A DNA stretch of 34,710 nucleotides, from the NCBI RefSeq assembly GCF_048593235.1, contig NC_133619.1, positions 448,163,644-448,198,353 on the forward strand, written 5' to 3'. This DNA is from Sminthopsis crassicaudata. Its lineage: Eukaryota. Position 1 is the stretch's first letter, and each line of letters starts with the position of its first letter. The position numbers and the translations under genes were made by a program. The notes below the pieces were generated by a model, which made no database searches, was not told where the DNA came from, and saw only the letters and a list, made by a program, of their open reading frames with translations. Positions 10,845 through 21,759 of the stretch are shown here, piece by piece.

Positions 10845-11480
10845 TTCAATTCAACAAAAAGGTAAGTACTGCCTATGATAAAGGAGGGGCAGGTAGGTGG
10901 CAAAGCCAATAAGAGTGCTGGATCTGGAGTCATTGAGGTCAAATCTAACTTCAGATACTTCCTAGCTGTATGATCCTGAGCAAGTCACTTAACCCTGTTT
11001 ATCTCAGTTCCTTATCTGTTAAAAAAATGAACTGGAGAAGGAAATGGTCCATCATTCTAGTACCTCTGCCAAGAAGACCCCAAATGGGGTCAAAAAGAGT
11101 TGAACTATGACTCAACAACAACAAATGATAAAGATGTCAAGCTGAGCTGCTGGGGACACAAAGATATAACTCCATATGGATGGAGCATGCTTTCAGGAAA
11201 TTTGCCATAGGGGAAACAGTAGAGTATGGTATGGAATTTAAACAAATAAATATAATAGGTCAGTAAAAAATTTATTGGAGGAAAAAAGAAAAAAAAAAAA
11301 AAAGCCTGCCAAAGTATTCCAGGAAAGAGGGAAATCACTAAAAGCTTCGTGTAGGAAGTAGTACTTAGTCTGAGCCTTTTCACAAGAGAAAGATGTAAAG
11401 GAAATATATTCTAAGTGCATAAGGATAGGTTAGACAAATGCAGGGAGGTAGGAGATGGCACCATGAGATTGGAGAGACTT
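10845..11480 (-). mobile_element. L2 LINE 3' fragment interrupted by a MAR1-type SINE
   Basis: aattcaattcaacaa...gtactgcctatg terminus resumes after the SINE as gctgagctgctggggacacaaag...aaaagcttcgtgtaggaagtag. Confidence 0.75.
10884..11124 (+). mobile_element. MAR1-type CORE-SINE (RTE-like tail), near full length, with 9-bp TSD
   Basis: ggggcaggtaggtgg head, core, and ctggagaaggaaatgg...ccaaatggggtc...actcaacaacaacaa tail; TSD ATGATAAAG at 10875-10883 and 11125-11133. Confidence 0.9.
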
Positions 11481-12304
11481 TATTATATAGAATGAATGAA
11501 AGAAAGTAATATCAAATAATTCTGAAAAAATGTTGTTTCTGCTGTCATTTATTTATGGGGCCATGCCTGACTAATTGAAGTAGTCTAAATATTCTCTCAA
11601 ATACCTTCCTTCCTTTGCTCTCTCCCCTTCTACTCATTCTGATTCCTTCAGGATAATCTTGTGTTGATAATGAAGTCAAAATGTCACAAGATTAGCCAGG
11701 CTCTAAAGCCATGGATTAATTCAAGTCTGTTCTCTAAGTACAACAGCAAAACAATATGTATCAGAAAAGGAGTACTTATTAAGGTGCTCCACAAAAAAGA
11801 AAGATACTACTTGTGCAAGTTGAAGGAAGTTAGGGGTGTGACAGAGGGCAGTGACTGGCTGAGACTTGGAAGAGTCATGAAAAGAAAATAGTCTTGCACA
11901 AACACAAATAATACATAATAAAAATATTCTTGTTTCACATTTACATACCTGAGACTGATATTATAATCATTATAAAATAAGTCATTAAATGTAATTATAG
12001 ATGGTATAGTTAGATATTCCATGATCCCTCTAGGAATGTATATACAAAAGGCACAAATCAATAGAAAATGGAGAAGATACATAAAAACATATAGAAAGAA
12101 GAATACATTTTCAAAATATGAACAAACATTAAGAATATATATGGAATATGGTGAAGAGCAAGTTAATTTGAGATCTAAATATAAAACAATAAAATAAGCT
12201 AGATATTTTATTCCCAAACTGAGAGCAAGATTTGGAGAAGCTACAATCTCCTCTAAATGAAGCAAAGAAAAATGGAAGGAGATTAGATTTAGAGATAGGA
12301 TATG

Positions 12305-12445
12305 CATTTGAATATTGACTCTCATTTATTGTCTAGGTGATCTTGAGCAAATAACCAATTTAATTCTCACTGATCCTTACTTTCTTCATCTAAAAAATAA
12401 GGGAGCTGGATTTCAAAGGGTTCCTTCCAACTCTAAATCTGCAAT
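12305..12445 (+). mobile_element. MIR3-like SINE
   Basis: gtgatcttgagcaaat core; gggagctggatttcaaagggttccttccaactctaaatct tail. Confidence 0.75.
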
Positions 12446-12457
12446 ATTATATTCTCT

Positions 12458-12696
12458 TGTTCTCTTGTTTTTCCACTCATGTCAGACTTTTTGTGAGCCC
12501 ATTGGGGGTTTCTTGGAAGAAAATGGAGCAGTTTGCCATTTCCTTCTTCAGCTAATTTTACATATGAGGAAATTGAAGCAAACAGGGTTATGTGATTTGT
12601 CCAGAATCATACAACTAGTAGGTGACTGAAGATGGATTTGAACTCAAGATGATTCCAAGCCCAGTGCTCTATGCACTGTACCACCTAGCTGCTCTT
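12458..12696 (-). mobile_element. MAR1-type CORE-SINE
   Basis: cccattggggtttcttgg...gtttgccatttccttcttcagc...ctgtaccacctagctgc. Confidence 0.9.
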
Positions 12697-12709
12697 ATAA
12701 AAAGAGTCT

Positions 12710-12840
12710 CTAGGTAAGTTCCTTCAAGTCTCAGTGTCCCAGGCAATTTTCTAAGACTTTCCTCTGTAGTACTTGGTTCTGAATTGGAAGAGGAAGATTC
12801 CTCTCTAGGAGTCCTAGTGATATTGAAATCACTGGTCCAT
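12710..12840 (+). mobile_element. Marsupial CORE-SINE 3' part (same type as 2600 and 19005)
   Basis: ctcagtgtcccaggcaattttctaagact...gaaatcactggtcca. Confidence 0.65.
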
Positions 12841-13477
12841 GTATGTGCAAGAATGTTTGTGGCAGCCCTCTTTGTGGTAGCCAGAAACTGGAAACTACAT
12901 GGATGCCCATCAATTGGAGATTGGCTGAACAAATTGTGACATATGAATATTATGGAATATTATTGTTCAGTAAGAAATGACCAGCAGGATGATTTCATAA
13001 AGGCTTGGAGAGACTTACAGGAACTGATACTGAGTGAAATGAGTAGGACCAGGAAATTGTTGTATACTTCAACAGCAACATACTATATGATGATCAATTC
13101 TAATGGATGTGACCATTTTCAACAATGAGATGAACCAAATCAGTTCCAATAGAGCAGTAATGAACTGAACCAGCTCCACCCAGCGAAAGAACTATAGTAG
13201 ATGATTTTATGAACCACTACATAGAATTCCCAATCCCTCTAATTTTGTCCACCTGCATTTTGGATTTCCTTCACAGGCTAATTGTACACTATTTCAAAGT
13301 CCTATTCTTTTTGTACAGCAAAACAACTGTTTGGACATGTATACATATATTGTATTTAATTTATACTCTAACATATTTAACATGTATTGGTCAAACTGCC
13401 ATCTGGGGAGTGGGGAAGAGGGGAAAAATTAGAACAAAAGGTTTGACAATTGTCAATGTTGTAAAATTACCCATGCA
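12838..13477 (+). mobile_element. 5'-truncated, relatively young dasyurid-type L1 (ORF2 C-terminus and 3' UTR), running into a gap
   Basis: Translation ARMFVAALFVVARNWKLHGCPSIGDWLNKL*..MNIMEYYCSVRNDQQDDF..WRDLQELILSEMSRTR is the L1 ORF2 C-terminus; characteristic 3' UTR ends gtaaaattacccatgca. Confidence 0.95.
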
Positions 13478-13660
13478 NNNNNNNNNNNNNNNNNNNNNNN
13501 NNNNNNNNNNNNNNNNNNNNNNNNNNNNNNNNNNNNNNNNNNNNNNNNNNNNNNNNNNNNNNNNNNNNNNNNNNNNNNNNNNNNNNNNNNNNNNNNNNNN
13601 NNNNNNNNNNNNNNNNNNNNNNNNNNNNNNNNNNNNNNNNNNNNNNNNNNNNNNNNNNNN
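13478..13660. other. Assembly gap (183 N)
   Basis: N run, probably hiding the L1 poly(A) tail. Confidence 0.99.
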
Positions 13661-13814
13661 AAAAACAAAAACATTGGAGGAATTTCAGAATTATTTCTGA
13701 AATTCAAAGACAGTTTTGAATCAACTAAAGGAAAGAGGAAAGAAACATTTAAGTGCAAGGTACTGCATTTGAGGAGATCTGAAGACCAAATTAGGATTAT
13801 AGACATTAGGAAGA

Positions 13815-14040
13815 TGGGAAAGAAATGTTGGAATTGGAATTGGAGTCAGAAGAGACCAGGATTTAAAACCAAACTCTGACAAGTATTGTGTTACTCAATG
13901 TCTCTAAAACTCAGTTTCCTCCTCTGTTAAAAAAAAAAAAAAAAGGAAAACAATTCTTGCAAAACTTATCTCAGAGTTGCTGTGAATAAAACTTTCTGTA
14001 AACCTTAAAGCAATACATAGATATAATTTCTTATTATATG
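13815..14040 (+). mobile_element. MIR-family SINE, marsupial-type tail
   Basis: ttggagtcagaagagacc head, ctcagtttcctcctctgtt core, ctgtaaaccttaaagcaata tail. Confidence 0.85.
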
Positions 14041-14148
14041 AGTAGTCCAAGGGAATATTCCTCAAATGAATTTCAAACTATAGGAAGAGGCAAAGGATAA
14101 TTATGGCACCTTGCTGGAGGTTTCTGATACAGAGGATGAGGAATATTC

Positions 14149-14300
14149 TTTCTTTTTTTTTTTTATTTTTGATGTGAGGCAATTGGAGTTAAATGACTTG
14201 TCCAGGGTCACACAGCTAGGAAGTATTTGAGACTGGATTTAAACTCAGGTCTTCTGACTCTAGTCTTAGTGTTCTATCCATTGCACCATCTAACCGCCTC
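14149..14300 (-). mobile_element. WSINE1-like short SINE
   Basis: T tract then gaggcaattggagttaaatgacttgtccagggtcacacagctag...ttgcaccatctaaccgcctc. Confidence 0.85.
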
Positions 14301-14504
14301 AAGGAAGGGTATTTTTGATACATAGAGAGGGAAATATGAAAATGCCAAAGGATTTTTTATTTGTTTATTTTCAAAGAGTCCTGGTTAAAGTGGCAAGAGG
14401 ACATAATGACTTTAACAGCAGCAGACCAGTGAGAAGTTTTGAGAGAGTTCAGAAGTCTGAGGAAGAAGAAATTGAAGTAGTTTAAAGCAAGTGATTTGAA
14501 AGTT

Positions 14505-14670
14505 GGGGGCAGCTAGGTAGTGCAGTGGTTAGAGCCACTATCCACTGGCACTGGAGTTAGGAGGACCTGAATTCAAATCCATCCTCAGACACTTAACGTT
14601 TACTAGCTGTGTGAATCTGGGTAAGTCACTTAATTCTGATTGCCTTTAAAAAAAAAACAACAAAGAAAAA
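14505..14670 (+). mobile_element. WSINE1-like short SINE
   Basis: gggggcagctaggtagtgcagtgg...cctcagacacttaac...gtcacttaattctgattgcc followed by an A-rich tail. Confidence 0.9.
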
Positions 14671-14994
14671 GAGGAAGGGGGCAGGTATCAGACATGTCAT
14701 ATTGAAAGCTATGAGAGGGGGTTAAAAATCCCTTCTAGGCCTAAAATCTTTTTTTGGGAGGGTGGTGGAGTATTTATCATCTAAGACATAGCATCTTATT
14801 ATTTCCATCTAGAAAATGGAGATTATCATCTCTAACATATTCTAAAGGGCTTAATGATGGAAGAGTAAATGAAAACATGAAAGAATTGAACCAGTTTGAA
14901 TGGAAGTTTCAAAAGAATATTATTTTTGAGTAATGTCATAATTAAAATATTTTCTTCTTCAGTTTGATTCCTGACATATTAAGAAAAAAGTAGT

Positions 14995-15232
14995 AGTAAT
15001 AAAAGTCATTTATCTAACAACTTACCCATATCATTTCCTTTGACTCTCACGACCACCCTCTGAGATAAATAAATACCATGGGTTCCACTATCCTCATTTT
15101 CCAGATGAGGAAAACGGAGGCCCAGAGAAGTTTAATGATATGCCCAGGGTTGTACAATATTAGAAGATTGTTAGAAGATAGATTTGAACTCACCATTTCA
15201 AGCCTGGTATTTTTCCCACTGTATATATTATA
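14995..15232 (-). mobile_element. MIR
   Basis: ctcacgaccaccct...cctcattttccagatgaggaaaacggaggcccagagaag...gatttgaactc. Confidence 0.85.
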
Positions 15233-15804
15233 CTACCTCTATATGACCTAATGAATGAGATATGACTTGTGTTTTATGAAGAAAATAGAAAACTTCTGTG
15301 ACTCCAAATTCAAACCAAAACTATAACTTTGAAAGCATATAAGCTCGCTAATATATTTCTCCTGCTTCCTAATTATGTCTGGTTGTTAGATTAGCAAAAC
15401 GGCAGATGTTAAGAGGCCAGAAAACTAATGTTCTGAATGTTGCAGGTTAAATGGGAGGAATAAACTCATAGTTGCTTCTGCTTGGTAATGCAAAACATAT
15501 ATAAGACATTTGAACATGGGTATTAAGAAGTTACTTTGCAAAGTGACATAGGGATGAAAATGATGACTTTTGTCCTAATTCTTCTAAGCTTTAACAATAT
15601 AAAGGAATTTTTAAAAAGGCACCTAATTATAGAAAAGCGCAAATTAGGAGAGCCCTCCTATCCTGGAAGGACACAAAGGAGATGTTCTTTTTCCAATGGC
15701 CAGATAAGAAAAGATAGCAGAGATTCCTTCCTATGTGGAATTAGGTAATAGAGCTAATCTGAAACAAATTGAAGCACCAAATAAAAAAGGTACATTGGAG
15801 AAAG

Positions 15805-16058
15805 GAAATAAGTATTTATATAGTACCTACTATGTGCCAGGCACTGTGCTTAGCACCTTACAAATGTTATCCCCCCAGATCTTTACAACAATGCCGAGAA
15901 GGGAGTGCTATTATCTTGATTTTAAAGTTGAGGAAACTGAGGCAAACAGCATAAATGACTTGCTAAGAATCACACAGGTTATGTCTTAGACTGATTTTAA
16001 CTCGAATATTCTTGACTCCAGACCTAGCACACTATGTACTCTATCTACTTAGCTCCCT
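15805..16058 (-). mobile_element. Near full-length MIR
   Basis: tttatatagtacctactatgtgccaggcactgtgc...ttgaggaaactgaggc...cttgactccagacctagcac. Confidence 0.92.
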
Positions 16059-16369
16059 CTAAAATGAAAACACATGTTGTACTAAAATGTGACATGATGT
16101 GAATAGACAAACCACATACTATTATTTGTAGCACAAATGCTTCTAGGGTAAGTGGAGGGGAGTCTTTGAAAGAGTTTAATCATAGCATGTAATGAGTCAT
16201 AATCTTTGGCAAGACTCAGTTGGCCCTCTGTCGTCCTCCACTCCCCAGTTAAAGATAAAGTAGAAAGGTTGGAAGGTAACTTAAATAAAATTGTTATAGT
16301 GATATGTTGAGTACCCACATTACTTCCTGGCTATGGTATTCAAGATAAATTTGGATGCAATTATATTTC

Positions 16370-16420
16370 AGGTCAAGTCAACAACCATTTATTAAGTGTT
16401 CATAAATTACCACCTCTTAA
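16370..16420 (-). mobile_element. Short L2 3' terminus
   Basis: gtcaagtcaacaaccatttattaagtg. Confidence 0.5.
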
Positions 16421-16544
16421 GGCACAAAGCATATAGAAGTCTGGTTAAAGAAGCTCTTCTCCCCAGAATTTAGATGGAATAGATTCTCCACCAAAGTCCT
16501 ACTTTGATGCATTCCTATGGCAGTCAGGAGATCTTCCAGATCTC

Positions 16545-16725
16545 AAGTAAGAGGGAGAAAAAGTCCTGGATTTGGAATTTGAGGCTTGAAGCCCTAGTCT
16601 GTTTGCTACCTGTGTGCAATTGGATGAATCGCTTAAATTCTCTGGGTTTCATTTGTTTATTTGGAAAATGAAGAGTTTGGATTGTAGGTTATCTGAGAGT
16701 CCTTGCACCTCTTAAATCTTATAAT
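16545..16725 (+). mobile_element. MIR3-like SINE
   Basis: gtcctggatttggaa head; ggaaaatgaagagtttggattg...tctgagagtccttgcacctcttaaatctt tail. Confidence 0.75.
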
Positions 16726-16884
16726 GCAAAACAGACCAGCAGATTGTTAGAAGTTCTACTAAATTAGAAAGAAGCTTCCAGTTTTGGAGAAATCATGAAA
16801 TTTAGAGATGTTCATTACTGGCAGAAAGTTGACCATTACATGCTGAATTTGGGGGGCCATAGCAACTCCTAAAGATAGTTACAA

Positions 16885-17700
16885 AGTTCTCAGAGAAATA
16901 AATCCAAGCTATCTATAGACATGTGGGGGAAATGTTCTAAATCATTAATAATTAGAAAAATGTAAATTAAAGCAATTCTCAAACAATTTGACAAAGTTGA
17001 CAGAGATAGAAACTGACAAATGTTTAAAAGGCTTCAGAAAAATAGAGCATTTAAGTACCTCTGGTAGAGATGTGAAGTTACTATTTACAAATCATTTGAT
17101 CTGATGATACTACTACTAGGCATATATACCAGAAGGATCAAAGAAAAAGGAAAGGGATCTTTTTGTACAAAAATATTTTTAGCAGATCTTTTCATAATAG
17201 GAAAGAATATAGGAAATTAAGAACATACCTGCTTATCAGGTATATGGCATTTCAATCTTATCATTTTATATATATATATATATTCATGTAACATATGAAA
17301 TAATGGAACATTATTGTATTTTTAAGAAATTTAGAGAAAGCCAAAAGACTTTGGTGAACTGATTGAGAGCAACATAAGCAGAACTAGAATACAATTAAGT
17401 TATAAAATTAATAAAATAAACAATTTTGAAATATGTAAGAACTCTGACCACTATAAGAATCAACCATAATTCTAGAAAAATTATGAAGCCTCTGCTCATA
17501 TTCTACACATAAATGACAAACTAAATACATAGAATGAGACATGTATTTTTAGACATGACCAATATAGAGTTGTTTTTTTTTTTTGCTTTACTATGCTTAC
17601 TTAAGATAAGAGATTTCGCTCACCATCTACTCCCCACCTACCCATTATCAATGAGAGAGAGTAGGAATAAAAAAAATTGATAATTGAAAGAAAAATTTAA
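16885..17700 (+). mobile_element. Old marsupial L1 3' fragment, heavily deleted
   Basis: aagctatctatagacatg...gttctaaatcattaataattagaaaaatgtaaattaaagc; tttgatctgatgatactactactaggcatatatacc...aaaggaaagggatc; 3' UTR agaatgagacatgtatttttagacatgaccaat. Confidence 0.85.
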
Positions 17701-17769
17701 AAAGCTTATAAGATGCAGAATGATTATTATCTGCATCACTGAAGGGAATGCCTATATGGGAAGAAAATT

Positions 17770-17970
17770 TTCTGATTCTCCACCCTAGCTTCCAAAACTG
17801 TCCCCTCCAAAGATTTCCTGATATTTACTTTGCACATTATTTCATCTATCTATCTGTCTGTCTGTCTGTCTGTCTATATGTCTGTCTGTCTTTTTGTTTT
17901 GTATCACCAACATTTAGCCCAGTACCTGGCATCCCAAAGGTATTGTGTAAATATTTGTTGATTGAAGAAT
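17770..17970 (+). mobile_element. L2 3' end with an internal (TCTG)n expansion
   Basis: tttagcccagtacctggca...aaatatttgttgattgaa terminus. Confidence 0.75.
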
Positions 17971-19004
17971 AGAATAGATACTTATAAAGAAATAGTTTTC
18001 ATTATTTTAGTCCCTTAGTTGGTTACTCTGAGAATTCTATAAGCAATTCTGTCCATTAAACATTTACCTTCTATACTAGACAAATAGTATAATATCATGG
18101 GGAAAAGTTCAACAGGTAGAAAAATTCATTTCTCATTAGACTTTCAAAAGGGGAAATATATTCCACATAACATAATTATGTTACTTATATTAGACAAATA
18201 TAAATGTTTTACGTGTAGATTAAAAATCAATGTTCTGATCAAGAAACCTACCTCAATTCTTTATATTAATCACATAATATGACTAAATACAAGAAATAAA
18301 TGAAATTCCTGCAGGAAAATCTGCAAATCAGCCTGATTAAGTAGCTTTCTATTGATGAAAGCTTATGATGTCTCTGACATGAATGCTATTTTTATTTCTG
18401 TGACAATCTTTTCTCTACTACATTCTCCTCCATTCTTTTGCTTATTTGTTTCTTTGCTTTATCAAGGATTAAACTACTTAGTTGCATGTTGCTAATATTT
18501 TTGGCCCAATTTTTGTAGGGGAAAAAAAAGAAGTCACTCAACTTCATGTTGAGTGATTTTGATTGTTAAACATTGTTTGTTGTCCTTTCTATAAGGTGGT
18601 AAAGTTTTATATGTATGGTTGTGGCTGAATAAACACATATCAATTAGTTCTATAACAGTTCTGTTTGCATATTAAAAGGACATTTAAAAAACCAATTAGT
18701 CCTGAAAAACTAATAAAAACAAGCAGAATTCATTTGATTATAGGGTCAAAATAACATTTTGATGTGCTAATTGCCCCTAAAGGATAGCAGTTATGAACTA
18801 AGATAATCAAACTGTTTGTTAAATAAATAAATATAGGAAGCTCAGACCATATTAAATTATTGATCTCTGGTTGCCTTTTCCTGGGAATTATATAAAACCT
18901 GGCAACTGTTACTGTCTGTAACTCTATTTGATCTCATAGGATATGCTCAAAATATTCTCAACTATCTAAATTTCTGATAATTATATTAAAACTGTTCTTC
19001 GTAT

Positions 19005-19190
19005 GGCAACTGAGAGGCAATGTAATATAATGGATAGAAAGACTATAGATCAAGTTTTTCCTTCAATAAAAATGAGCTAGACGACCTTGGGCAATTAATT
19101 TGCTTTTAGGAGTGCTCTAGGCAACTTTCTGAGACTGTGAGCCCAAAGGAATGGGGGAGCTCCATCCCTATGGAGAGTTTTCCATGTCTT
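19005..19190 (+). mobile_element. Marsupial CORE-SINE (same tail type as 2600 and 12710)
   Basis: gaggcaatgtaatataatggataga head; gaccttgggcaat core; gtgctctaggcaactttctgagact tail. Confidence 0.75.
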
Positions 19191-19369
19191 AATTTCAGAC
19201 TAAGAAAATGCTGCTATTATTCCTCAGGAATATACAATTTGGAACCAATAGTTTAAACTGTTATCTTTTATGTATGATAATGGTACATTACATGTAACTT
19301 ATAAAAGTAGAATTTTCGTTTTCACAGATTATATGAGACAGTATATACTATAATATAAAAAATATATAA

Positions 19370-19580
19370 TATAATATAAAAAGAACAATGGATTTGGAAT
19401 CAGAGATGCTGAGTTCAAATCCAGATTACTTCTACTTATGTAATTACTATCTATATAAGTTATTACTATCTATGTAATTTTGGGTAACTCCTTTCTCCTT
19501 TCTATATCTCAGTTTACTTATCTGTAAAATGAAAAGATTCAACTTTTTTCAGTTTTAAAGGTCTAATCTTATGCTGATCC
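19370..19580 (+). mobile_element. MIR3/MIR-like SINE
   Basis: ggatttggaatcagagatgctgagttcaaatcc...ctcagtttacttatctgtaaaatga. Confidence 0.8.
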
Positions 19581-19614
19581 TTAAGGGTATTACTAGATAT
19601 TTAATCCTAGGCAA

Positions 19615-19810
19615 ATCAATAATAGTATTTATATAAGGGTTTAAGATTTGCAAACATTATCTTATCCTCACAACAACCCTGAATGGGTGATATTGTTAAT
19701 CCCCATTCTACTGATGAAAGAACTAAGGGAGAGAGGTTACATGACTTGCCTGGGGTCAACAACTAGTAAGTTTATGAGTTCAGATTGAACACAGATACTC
19801 CTGATTACTA
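19615..19810 (-). mobile_element. MIR
   Basis: cttatcctcacaacaaccctg...ccccattctactgatga...tgacttgcctggggtca. Confidence 0.85.
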
Positions 19811-20519
19811 TGAAGCCTGATTGGAAATTACCTCAAATAAAGTCATTTGAATTTCTCTAAGGTAAAGGAAGTTAAGGATTCTTCAATGTCTTCATTACTA
19901 CATATCATCAATACTATGGTTAATTATGGGTACTTGTGTTTTGTGCTATTTTGAGTACCCAATTATGGGTACTCACGTTTTGTGATAACTTGGTAAGATT
20001 TTAGTTTGTATTTCTTAAATAAAGCATTTCAAGGTATATTAAAATTCATCTTCCTCAACTTACTGGCAACATTTTTTTTCATTTTAGTTCACTATATAGA
20101 AGCTGTGGGACTACTCCAAGGATTTTATAGCAAGGTTAAACAAGACTCTGGAGCCATGCTGCTGAAATTCTTCACAAAGCCTTAAGTCTACAAGATTCAC
20201 AGTGATAAAGAAAATTGGACACAACTTCTACTCCAGAGAGTGGATCTGAAGCCTGGATGCCACACTGCTGTCATACTCTATATTTGAGGCTCCCAAAAGA
20301 CAGTCTCTTTTTTCTTAGTTCAGCCTTTTGTAAGTTCCTTTCCCAAATATCCCTTGTTCACAAATATTCACAGCAGAGAATAAAGAAAGAGGAGAGGGAT
20401 ATAAAAATGTTATAACTTGCATAGTTCTTTCTGTCCCTGTTGGTCAGCCATATAAAAATAATTTTATTTGCATAAAGAAAGGAATGTGTTTTCATTTTTA
20501 AAAAAATTGGAACTAGGAA

Positions 20520-20768
20520 AGAATTGTTCAGTTATATTAGACTCTTTGTGACCCCATTGTGGGGTTTTCTTGACAAAGATACTGGAATGGTTTGCCATTT
20601 CTTTCTCCAGCCCATTTTACAGATGAGGAAACTGAGGCAAACAGGATTAAGTGACTTGCCCCGTAGGAGTCACACATCTAAGTGCCCTAGGCCAGAGTTG
20701 AATTTAGGAAGAGGAGTCTTACTGCCTCCAGGCCAGTGATCTATAGGTGGTTTCATCTAGCTGCTCTA
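20520..20768 (-). mobile_element. MAR1-type CORE-SINE
   Basis: gactctttgtgaccccattgtggggttttcttgacaaagatactggaatggtttgccatttc...ttacagatgaggaaactgaggc...catctagctgc. Confidence 0.92.
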
Positions 20769-21639
20769 GGTAGGAGTACTATGACAATAAAGATGAGAGA
20801 TGCACCTAGAAAAAAAATTATGTGAAGCAATGGAGAAAGGATACAGCAACAGAAGAGAAAGGAAGATTGGGGAAGTTGGGACTAAGTGATCAAATGCTAC
20901 CATTTTTTCTTGCTAAGTGTACAATGTGTTTTAAGAACAGCTGGGAGATTAAAAAAAAAAAAAAAAAAACAGAGGGTATTGCCTCAGCAATAGATGATAT
21001 CTGGAAGTCTGAGGATAGGATTGTCTAACACTTCATGTCTATGGAGTGAAAGCTACCATTAATTACAGGTTTGTTATACTGCTGACTTAAATACTTATCA
21101 ATCAGTATATTAGCAGCAAGTAGCCTCTCCAACTCACCGAATTTGGTGGCAAATTTTAGTCTGCGTTGCCAATAAAAATATTTGATCCTGTGAACTGTTT
21201 TACTGGTGCATTGTGACACCTATAAAATGTTTTATTTTTTCTTCTGTGACATTTTTATCCATGTGTTCATAGAGCTGTGAGATAGCTGTCTCAAGGACTT
21301 TTGTTAATGCTCATAGTCTGTTTGAATTGCAAGTATCCCAGAGGACCAAAAGCAGAGCTGAACACCATGTTCTTGTGTCCTTGAACATATTATAAAATAT
21401 AAAAGAGATCAAATACAACTGGGACTGTTTTACAAGCTTGTCACAAACTCTGTTGTTGATGAGAAAAGTTTCAGACTGGATGGATGATTATCTTGACAAA
21501 ACTGACCATTCCACAGATAGGAACAGATCCTCAATCCTGCTTCAGTTTTCTAAAATTCACAAAGGTTATTGTAGCCCCTTTCCCCTCCTCTGTCTCCTTT
21601 CTTCACATAAGTCTACACTGGAGATAGGGCCATCATGTC

Positions 21640-21715
21640 CAAGAGGTAAAAGGAACATCTAGTCCCCTTTATAGGATGGCCAAGCAAGTATTCAACCTTT
21701 GTTTGAATACTTTTC
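21640..21715 (-). mobile_element. Possible L3/CR1 3' fragment
   Basis: catctagtcccc...gatggcc...ttcaacctttgtttgaatac resembles a CR1 3' region; short match. Confidence 0.4.
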
Positions 21716-21759
21716 CCTGGCCTTTCTCCCTTTGAAGTTTTAATCCTATAATTTACCAA

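Noticed and set aside
11807-12325. 172-aa hydrophobic minus-strand ORF
   Set aside because: The composition reflects an A-rich plus strand. There are no recognisable motifs, and the plus-strand translation has stops. An unrecognised old TE relic is possible but unsupported.
12943-13128. ORFs with real protein similarity (also 29411..29632 and 29890..30084)
   Set aside because: They are fragments of decayed L1 ORF2 with stops and deletions, not host genes, and are reported as mobile elements.
13209-13806. ORFs 13209..13700 and 13453..13806, and likewise those at 31048-31409
   Set aside because: They are artefacts of translating through N gaps, L1 3' UTR and CT repeats.
14505-14600. tRNA-like A/B boxes in SINE heads
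   Set aside because: These are tRNA-derived SINE promoters with no cloverleaf, not tRNA genes.
16220-16240. CTCF-like sequence (minus strand GACAGAGGGCC); also CCAGCAGAG at 3659
   Set aside because: Several mismatches at informative core positions.
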